Origin: Pseudactinotalea sp. | Lineage (GTDB): Bacteria; Actinomycetota; Actinomycetes; Actinomycetales; Beutenbergiaceae | Direction: 5' to 3' | NCBI GenBank assembly: GCA_048594485.1 | Contig: JBMDXU010000015.1 | Span: 2,660-66,659 of the forward strand | DNA: 64,000 bases | Part shown: positions 9,435 through 16,169 of the stretch, in pieces | Layout of the letters: each line of letters starts with the position of its first letter | Numbering within the stretch: position 1 is the first letter of the stretch | The notes under the pieces: generated by a model | Seen by the model: only the letters and a program-made list of their open reading frames with translations | Database searches by the model: none | What the model was told of the DNA's origin: nothing | Translations under genes and position numbers: made by a program

Positions 9435-10934
9435 TCAGGGTTCGGGTGGCTCGTCAGAGCATCCGGAGGCCGACGAGACGGCGGTCGCAGCGCAGAGGTC
9501 GGACGGGGTCACCGTCGTGGCGCCGGATCGTGCGCGACCGGCGAGGCTGCCCGCGGGGAAGCGCCACTCGAACGCGCCCGCGGCGGTCATCCGGTAGGAC
9601 ACCTGGCCCGACGTCTTGAGATTGTGGTGTCGGCGGCACAGCGGTGCCAGGTTCTGAGTCTCGGTGCGTCCGCCTCGTTCGGGGCAGGCGGTCGAACGGG
9701 TCGATGTGGTCGAGGTCGCACCGCCTGTCCGGTGCCCGGCAGCCGGGGTACACGCACGTGGTGTCGCGTGCGATGACCTGCTCCCGCAGCCGATCCGGGA
9801 TCTCGTAGCGCTCGGTGTGGATCTGCTCGGCCAGGTCGAGCACGGGCATCACCGTGACTCGGGTGTGCGGCTGACCGCACCAGTCCCGGATCGTGGCCGC
9901 GTCGATGGGGACGTTGGTGTTGTCGACGCGACCGAGCGCGCCGCGTCGCGAGGTGCCGATGATCGTCGCGTCGGTGAGATGGACGTGGAGAACGACCTGG
10001 CGCTTCGACGCGCGAGCTCGCGGACCCGCTCCCACGGGTCGGCCGTGCGGAGCTGCCCGTACCGGGTCGGGCTGCTCGTCGACCACCGGAGTCAGGGTGT
10101 CGGCGTCGGTGTCGACGACGAGACGACCGGACGGCTCCAGCTGCTCCCACAGCTCCAGGTGCTCGCGGGCGAGATCGCCCAGCCCGCGCGCGCGTCGCGC
10201 CGAAAGGGGGTCGGTGGACCCCAGCTCGGCGAGCTCCTGCGCGGCGTGCGCCACGGCCGCGTCGAGCACCAGCGCGTCGGGCAGCTCGACACGTCCGCTG
10301 ATCGGGACGAGCCCATCGAGCCCGGTCTGGTCGAGATCGACATCGAAGCGGCGGCGCTCGCCGGTGGTGCGGATCCGCTCGAGCGTGAGCGCGAGATCGT
10401 GGCGCTTCACCGCCTCGTCGACGAGCCGCTCGACCTGCGCCTGCCCGACCCATCCCGCCACCGCACCGAGCTGGCGGTCGACGAAGCGCGCGGCTCGCAG
10501 ACCCAGCGCGTGGGTCAGTGAAGCGACCTTGCGGGCCTGCCACGCCAGCAGATCTCCGGCCTGACCCGCTCCCAGATGGTCGGGAGACGGTAGGCGAGCT
10601 CGAGCGCGTCGGCGACGAGCAGTCGACCGCTCTCCGTGGTCAGCCCGAGCACCAGGGCGAGCTCGGCGACCGCGACCGCCGACGCCTCCGGAACACCCTC
10701 ACCGTTGAGCGGAGCGATGTTGTCGCGGTAGCCCGGTCGCGGCACCGGGACCCAGCACCGATCGGCGGCGTCGCGAGGCGGGTGCGCGACCGCCCATTCC
10801 ACCGCCCCGATGAGGACACCCACCTCGCCGGACCTTGCGACCTCCTGCGACCGGCGCGCGGCGTCGAGCAACGCAGCATCGCTGCGCTCCTCCGTCCCGC
10901 CCGCCAGAGGCGATCGGGGCGCCGTCGTCGTCAT
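9435..10934 (-). pseudogene. DUF222/HNH endonuclease gene (mycobacterial 13E12-repeat type), disrupted by two compensating frameshifts
   Basis: The N-terminal DUF222 part runs from ATG 10934 (MTTTAPRS...LVADALELAYRLPTIWERV) and hits a stop at 10515. Homology continues in another frame from about 10560 (AGDLLAWQARKVASLTHALGLRAARFVDRQLGAVAGWVGQ...CDLDHIDPFD). The HNH core (PERGGRTETQNLAPLCRRHHNLKT...) returns to the first frame and ends at TGA 9435. The total of 1500 nt is a multiple of 3. Confidence 0.8.
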
Positions 10935-11001
10935 GGAACAACCGTACGACCGAGGTCTGACATCGGCCTCCCCGCAGGACATCGGCCGCTGGGAGACTGG
11001 G

Positions 11002-11529
11002 ATGGTGGGTGCGCACGAGTGGTGGGACGTCCTCGACGCGCAAGGCCGCCCGACCGGTCGCACCTACCGGCGCGGCGCAGCCGACTGGCCGCAGGGGCGC
11101 TTCCATCTCGTGGTCGCGACGTGCGTCGCCCTCGCCGACGGCCGGCTGCTCACGACCCAGCGGGCGGCACGGAAGGACTTCCCTCTGACGTGGGAGCTCC
11201 CGGGCGGGAGCGCCCTGGCCGGCGAGAGCAGCAGGGACGCCGCCCTCAGGGAGCTGCGCGAGGAGACCGGCGTCTCGCTGACGGCGACCGATCTGCGGAT
11301 CGTGGGGCGTCACATGGAGACGACGGCGCTCATGGACCTGTACGTCGCCGTCCTGGCGAACGAGCCCAGGCTGACCCTGGATCGAGCCGAGGTCGCTGCC
11401 GCCGAGTGGGTCAGCCCTCAGCGGTTCACGGATCTGCGCGACCGAGGCGCCGTGGCGCCACCCTGGTACGACCGCCTGGAGACCCTGTGGGAGGACCTGA
11501 GCGGGCACCTTCCGCCGTCAACCCCCTGA
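11002..11529 (+). CDS. NUDIX hydrolase
   Basis: Track ORF 10810..11529, trimmed to ATG 11002 ([12 protein letters not shown]...). Nudix box [24 protein letters not shown] (GX5EX7REUXEEXGU). An alternative earlier ATG at 10933 is less likely. Confidence 0.85.
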   Translation: MVGAHEWWDVLDAQGRPTGRTYRRGAADWPQGRFHLVVATCVALADGRLLTTQRAARKDFPLTWELPGGSALAGESSRDAALRELREETGVSLTATDLRIVGRHMETTALMDLYVAVLANEPRLTLDRAEVAAAEWVSPQRFTDLRDRGAVAPPWYDRLETLWEDLSGHLPPSTP

Positions 11530-11565
11530 CGACGGCAGCCGACGGTGGCAGATCGGGGATGCCTC

Positions 11566-12411
11566 TCAGGGATCGGCCTGCTCCCGGCTGCGTCGGTCGA
11601 ACTCTTCGCCCATCGCGAGGGTGAGCGGCCCGGGGGCGATCTCGCGGTCGTCGACGGCGATGATCGGCACCATCCCGCGTGTGCTCGACGTGAGCGCAGC
11701 GTGCGGGGTCTCGTGGATGACGGAGAGCGGCAGCGTCTCCTCGCGCACCTCGATCCCGGCGTCGGCGGCCCACTCGAGCACCAGCGCGCGGGTCACCCCG
11801 GCAAGGCACCCGGACGACAGCGGCGGCGTGAGGATCTCGCCGTCGCGCTCGACGAACACGTTCGTGCCGGTGCCCTCGCACAGCTCGTCGCGCGTGTTCG
11901 CGAGGATCGCCTCGCTCGCGCCGCGCTCGGTGGCATAGGCGAGCGCGACGACGTTCTCGGCGTACGACGTCGTCTTCAGACCCGCGATCGAGGACCGCTC
12001 GTTGCGCACCCACGGGGCGACGGCGACCCGTGCCGGCTGCGGTTCCCTCGCCGGACCGGCCGCGACGATCAGCGTGCCCTCGCCCCCGGAGCGGTCCGAG
12101 CCCAACGGCCCGTACCCGGCGGTCCAGGTGATCCGCAACCGACCCAGCCCGCCACCGCTGGCACGCCAGCGCTGCTCGACGGCGGCGACCGCCTCCCGCA
12201 CTCGGTCCTCGTCGGGTGCGTCGAGCCCGAGGCCCGCGGCCGAGCGCTCCAGCCGCCGCACGTGGCGCGTCAGGGCGAAGGTCCTGCCCTCGAGCAGCTC
12301 GCAGGTCTCGAAGACGCCGTCGCCGACGGTCATGCCGTGGTCGAGCGCTGACACCAGCGGGGTGCGCGGGTCGTGGAAGGCACCGTCGACGTACAGCAGC
12401 GGCTCGCTCAT
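11566..12411 (-). CDS. pabC: Class IV (fold type IV) aminotransferase, aminodeoxychorismate lyase-like
   Basis: Track ORF trimmed to ATG 12411 (MSEPLLYVDGAF...). The DHGMTVGDGVFET, LTRHVRRL and TPPLSSGCLAGVTR patterns are typical of ADC lyase and branched-chain aminotransferases. It lies 7 nt downstream of the chorismate-binding gene. Confidence 0.7.
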   Translation of the reverse strand: MSEPLLYVDGAFHDPRTPLVSALDHGMTVGDGVFETCELLEGRTFALTRHVRRLERSAAGLGLDAPDEDRVREAVAAVEQRWRASGGGLGRLRITWTAGYGPLGSDRSGGEGTLIVAAGPAREPQPARVAVAPWVRNERSSIAGLKTTSYAENVVALAYATERGASEAILANTRDELCEGTGTNVFVERDGEILTPPLSSGCLAGVTRALVLEWAADAGIEVREETLPLSVIHETPHAALTSSTRGMVPIIAVDDREIAPGPLTLAMGEEFDRRSREQADP

Positions 12412-12418
12412 GCCCCCA

Positions 12419-13465
12419 TCATCGCCCGCCGCTGCCACCCTCGGACGCCAGCGACACCAGGCGCGCCGCCTTGAGCTCGGTCTCGGCCCACTCGGCCTCC
12501 GGGTCGCTCCCCCACGTGATCCCGGCGCCGGTGCCGAACCGCAGCACGCCGTCGGCCCACCAGAACGTCCGGATCCCGACCGCCAGCCGCGCTCGGCCGC
12601 GGTCGGCGTCGATCCACCCGATCTGACCGCAGTAGGGCCCGCGCGGCGCCCGCTCCAGCTCGGCGATCACCCGCAGGGCCGACGACTTCGGCGCTCCCGA
12701 CACCGACCCCGGGGGGTGCCCGGCCGCGAGCAACGCCGGCCAGCCCGAGCGCCCGCCGTCGAGCAGCCGCCCGCGCCCGCGGGAGACCAGGTGGACGAGA
12801 CCCGGGTGCTGCTCGACGGCCAACAGCTCGGTGACCTCGACCGACCCGGGCGCGCAGACCCGCTGCAGGTCGTTGCGCACCAGATCGGTGATCATGACAT
12901 TCTCCGCACGATCCTTGTCACGCAGGCCCGACGGCGTCGCCGCGGTCCCCTTGATCGGCCCGCTGCTCACCCAGCCATCGGCGACCTCGACCGACAGCTC
13001 GGGCGACGCGCTCACCACCCAGCAGCGCCCGGGCACGTCGATGAGCGCCGCGTACGGAGCCGGGTTCCCGGTGGCCAGCCGGACGGCGAGCCCCGCCGGG
13101 TCGGGCCGCCCCGCGAGCGGCGCCGACAGCACCCGGCACACGTTGGCCTGGTACACCTCGCCCTCGGCGATCCGCGCCCGCACCTGCGCGACCGCGTCGA
13201 CGTACTCGGCCCGCGACATCGAGCTCGTCCACCCCGATGACGACGGCCCGCGCCACTGCGGCCCGGTCCGCACGACCTCGTCGGTGTGACGGACGTCTCC
13301 GAACCGCCACGCGCGCCACGGCCCGTCGAACTCGGCCACGAGAACCCACCAGCCACCTCGCGAGAGCGCGTCCGGGTCGACGCGCAGATCGACCTCCTCG
13401 ACGACGTCGTACGCGCGGATCCCGCGGAACCACGCCGTTCCCGGGGTCGTCGAGATGGACACCAC
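12419..13465 (-). CDS. pabB: Chorismate-binding enzyme, short aminodeoxychorismate synthase component I-like
   Basis: 348 aa with the chorismate-utilising core motifs: SPELSV, SGPIKGT, ENVMITDLVRND, GSVSGAPK, PRGPYCGQIGW and GAGITWGSDPEAEW. It is paired with the class IV aminotransferase. No glutamine amidotransferase is adjacent. Confidence 0.75.
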   Translation of the reverse strand: MVSISTTPGTAWFRGIRAYDVVEEVDLRVDPDALSRGGWWVLVAEFDGPWRAWRFGDVRHTDEVVRTGPQWRGPSSSGWTSSMSRAEYVDAVAQVRARIAEGEVYQANVCRVLSAPLAGRPDPAGLAVRLATGNPAPYAALIDVPGRCWVVSASPELSVEVADGWVSSGPIKGTAATPSGLRDKDRAENVMITDLVRNDLQRVCAPGSVEVTELLAVEQHPGLVHLVSRGRGRLLDGGRSGWPALLAAGHPPGSVSGAPKSSALRVIAELERAPRGPYCGQIGWIDADRGRARLAVGIRTFWWADGVLRFGTGAGITWGSDPEAEWAETELKAARLVSLASEGGSGGR

Positions 13466-13541
13466 CCCACGCTATCCGGGCGGCGGATGGCGATGGTGCG
13501 GGGCGCCGTCGTCCACGGAACGACACGCCTGAGGTTCCCGG

Positions 13542-13571
13542 TTGGACGTCAGCCCGACGCTCGGCTAGAGT
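13542..13571 (+). promoter_or_regulatory. Candidate sigma-A-type promoter for the tRNA cluster
   Basis: TTGGAC (13542-13547), an 18-nt spacer, then TAGAGT (13566-13571), about 50 nt upstream of tRNA-Gly. This is a pattern match only. Confidence 0.35.
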
Positions 13572-13623
13572 CGACGCCGCGCCACCGCGCCGGGGGAAGG
13601 CTCCTCGACAGTCGGTGTCGCAT

Positions 13624-13696
13624 GCGGATGTGGCTCAGTTGGTAGAGCATCACCTTGCCAAGGTGAGGGTCGCGGGTTCGAGTCCCGTCATCCGCT
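13624..13696 (+). tRNA. tRNA-Gly (anticodon GCC)
   Basis: GCGGATGTGGCTCAGTTGGTAGAGCATCACCTTGCCAAGGTGAGGGTCGCGGGTTCGAGTCCCGTCATCCGCT. Acceptor stem GCGGATG/CATCCGC, anticodon loop TTGCCAA. Confidence 0.92.
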
Positions 13697-13739
13697 CGAG
13701 ATCGGCGGCCCAGCAGATAACTCCTGATGGGGCACACCT

Positions 13740-13810
13740 GGTGGGTTGGCCGAGAGGCGAGGCAGCGGCCTGCAAAGCCGTATACACGGGTTCGAATCCC
13801 GTACCCACCT
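13740..13810 (+). tRNA. tRNA-Cys (anticodon GCA)
   Basis: GGTGGGTTGGCCGAGAGGCGAGGCAGCGGCCTGCAAAGCCGTATACACGGGTTCGAATCCCGTACCCACCT. Acceptor stem GGTGGGT/ACCCACC, anticodon loop CTGCAAA. Confidence 0.9.
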
Positions 13811-13815
13811 CGCAC

Positions 13816-13887
13816 GGGCGATTGGCGCAGCGGTAGCGCGCTTCCCTGACACGGAAGAGGTCACTGGTTCGATCCCAGTATCGCCCA
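13816..13887 (+). tRNA. tRNA-Val (anticodon GAC)
   Basis: GGGCGATTGGCGCAGCGGTAGCGCGCTTCCCTGACACGGAAGAGGTCACTGGTTCGATCCCAGTATCGCCCA, with anticodon loop CTGACAC. It starts 5 nt after tRNA-Cys, forming the classic actinobacterial Gly-Cys-Val cluster. Confidence 0.92.
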
Positions 13888-13967
13888 CACTGCAGAACGA
13901 CTGGCCGGTCCGGCCGGTCAGCCTGGGGGTAGCTCACCAGGCAGCAGGACCCGACGCGTGATCTCAC

Positions 13968-16166
13968 GTGCTCGCGCCTCACCCTCGTCGGGCTGAGTTG
14001 CCCGGCGTAGTTGGAGACCCAGTGCCCAACGGCTCATCTCAGGCTCGTCTGCTCGACCGCCGCGCTGCGCGCGGCGACGAGGCCGCGCCCATCATCCCGA
14101 TCCTCGCTCGCAAGGTGCGCGAGGTCGAGGCGAAGGCTGCCCGCGGCAAGGTCGGCCCGACCAACCGCACCCGGTTCCAGGTGATCGCGCTCCTCGTCCG
14201 TGAGGAGCGCGCTCGCGTCAAGGCCGACACCACCCTGTCGACGGCCGCCCGCACCGAGCTGCTCAAGCGGCTCGACGGCGTCGCGACGATCCTGGCTCGC
14301 ACCGCCGCGCGCGACACCTCGCTGCTCACCCTGCTCGATCCAGCCACCACGCCCGGCCCGGCCGCCCAACGGATGCGGCTGGACTGGCTCCTCGACTCCG
14401 GCGCCCAGCTGTCGCCCGAGGAGATGGAGATCAAGGCGCCCGAGCCGGCGCGCCAGACCGCGGTGGTCCCCGCGGCGCTCGCCGAACGGCAGGTCGTGCC
14501 GCCGTCGGTGAAGCGTCGGCTCAAGGCGAGCCCGTTCCTCGCGCCCGTGCTCGACACACGCACGCACCAGCTCTCGGGCCGGCTGTCGGGCTGGGACCTG
14601 ATGGAGCCGCTGTACCGCAGCTTCGAGCAGGGCGCCGGCGGCGGAGCCGCCTCGATGGCGCTGCCCCCGCTCCCCCGCTACGACCACTTCTCGCCGCCCG
14701 GGCGTGAGCTGATGCCGCACCAGATCGAGCTGCTCGAGAGCGTGCGCAAGGGCCACCGGACGTTCCTGCTGGCCGACGAGCCGGGTCTGGGCAAGACCGC
14801 GCAGTCCGTCCTCGCCGCCTCCGTCGCCGGCGCGTTCCCGCTGCTCGCGGTGGTGCCGAACGTCGTCAAGATCAACTGGGCCCGCGAGGTCGAGTCCTGG
14901 ACACCGGCTCGCAAGGTGGCCGTGATCCACGGCGACGGCGCCGAGATGGACGCGTTCGCCGACGTGTTCGTCGTCAACTACGAGATCCTCGACCGCCACC
15001 TGTCCTGGCTGATGCGGTTCGGGTTCCGGTCGATGGTCGTGGACGAGGCGCACTTCATCAAGAACCTGAGCTCGCAGCGCTCGCAGAACGTGCTCGCCCT
15101 CGCGGAGCAGATCCGGTCGACGGCGCCCGGCGGCAACCCGCTGCTGATGGCCCTCACCGGCACCCCGCTCATCAACGACGTCGAGGACTTCCACGCGATC
15201 TGGCGGTTCCTCGGGTGGGTCGAGGAGAACCAGCCGGCGCCCGATCTGATGCGCAGGCTGGAGTCGATCGGGCTGACCCCCGCCGACCGCGGCTTCTACC
15301 CCGAGGCGCGTGCCGCCGTCATCGACATGGGCATCGTGCGCCGCCAGAAGACCGAGGTGGCGCAGGACCTGCCCGCCCGCCGGATCGCCGACCTCCCGGT
15401 CGAGCTCGACGACGACCTCGGACGCTCCATCCGTCAGGCCGAGCGCGAGCTCGGTGCCCGCCTGGCGCAGCGGTACCACCGGCTCTGGGAGAGCCGCCAC
15501 CCGGGCGAGAACGAGCCGTTCGAGCCCGATCTCGACGTCATGCGCTCGGTCGCGGCGGCGGAGCTGGAGTCGTCCCGCAACGCCGGGAGCGGCAACGAGA
15601 ACGTCTTCACGATGGTGCGGCGCATCGGCCAGGCCAAGGCGACGCTCGCCACCGACTACACCGCGCAGCTGGCGCGCTCGGTCGGCAAGGTGGTGTTCTT
15701 CGCCAAGCACATCGACGTCATGGACACCGCCGAGCGCAACCTCGCCGAGGCAGGCCTGCGCACCGTGTCGATCCGCGGCGAGCAGACCTCGACCGCCCGC
15801 CAGCGGGCCATCGACGCGTTCACGAGCGAACCCGACGTCAGCGTCGCGGTGTGCTCGCTGACCGCCGCCGGTGTCGGGCTCAACCTGCACGCGGCGTCGA
15901 ACGTCGTGCTCGCCGAGCTGTCCTGGACGGCCGCCGAGCAGGCCCAGGCGATCGACCGTGTGCACCGCATCGGCCAGGAGCAGCCGGTCACGGCGTGGCG
16001 CATCCTCGCCGCGCACACGATCGACACCAAGATCGCCGAGCTCATCGACGCCAAGCAGGGCCTCGCCGCACGCGCCCTCGACGGCGCGGACACCGAGGTC
16101 GTCTCGACCACATCGGTCCAGCTCGACGCCCTCGTCCACCTCATCCGCGAGGCGCTGACGAGCTGA
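13968..16166 (+). CDS. SNF2/RAD54-family helicase-like ATPase with an uncharacterised N-terminal extension of about 270 aa
   Basis: SNF2 motifs: LMPHQIELLES, motif I LADEPGLGKT, motif II MVVDEAHFIKN, LTGTPLIND, and the helicase-C part VCSLTAAGVGLNL...QAIDRVHRIGQ. The start is uncertain: GTG 13968 gives the longest ORF, while GTG 14022 has a GGAG 5 nt upstream. Confidence 0.85.
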   Translation: MLAPHPRRAELPGVVGDPVPNGSSQARLLDRRAARGDEAAPIIPILARKVREVEAKAARGKVGPTNRTRFQVIALLVREERARVKADTTLSTAARTELLKRLDGVATILARTAARDTSLLTLLDPATTPGPAAQRMRLDWLLDSGAQLSPEEMEIKAPEPARQTAVVPAALAERQVVPPSVKRRLKASPFLAPVLDTRTHQLSGRLSGWDLMEPLYRSFEQGAGGGAASMALPPLPRYDHFSPPGRELMPHQIELLESVRKGHRTFLLADEPGLGKTAQSVLAASVAGAFPLLAVVPNVVKINWAREVESWTPARKVAVIHGDGAEMDAFADVFVVNYEILDRHLSWLMRFGFRSMVVDEAHFIKNLSSQRSQNVLALAEQIRSTAPGGNPLLMALTGTPLINDVEDFHAIWRFLGWVEENQPAPDLMRRLESIGLTPADRGFYPEARAAVIDMGIVRRQKTEVAQDLPARRIADLPVELDDDLGRSIRQAERELGARLAQRYHRLWESRHPGENEPFEPDLDVMRSVAAAELESSRNAGSGNENVFTMVRRIGQAKATLATDYTAQLARSVGKVVFFAKHIDVMDTAERNLAEAGLRTVSIRGEQTSTARQRAIDAFTSEPDVSVAVCSLTAAGVGLNLHAASNVVLAELSWTAAEQAQAIDRVHRIGQEQPVTAWRILAAHTIDTKIAELIDAKQGLAARALDGADTEVVSTTSVQLDALVHLIREALTS

Positions 16167-16169
16167 GGC

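Noticed and set aside
13888-13925. Hairpin CTGGCCGG-TCCGG-CCGGTCAG (about 13901-13921) after tRNA-Val as a terminator
   Set aside because: The stem is only 8 bp including a G-U pair, and no U-tract follows. It is plausible but too weak to call. The same applies to GCCCGG-CTG-CCGGGC at 33830-33844 downstream of the DUF1697 gene.
13968-16166. SNF2 helicase as part of a DISARM/Zorya/BREX-like defence system
   Set aside because: No partner genes (methyltransferase, PLD nuclease, DUF1998, ZorAB and so on) are adjacent. The flanks are tRNAs and a metabolic oxidoreductase.
6984-16166. Genomic island or prophage integrated at the tRNA genes
   Set aside because: No integrase, excisionase, phage structural gene or duplicated tRNA 3'-end (att) repeat was seen next to either tRNA locus.
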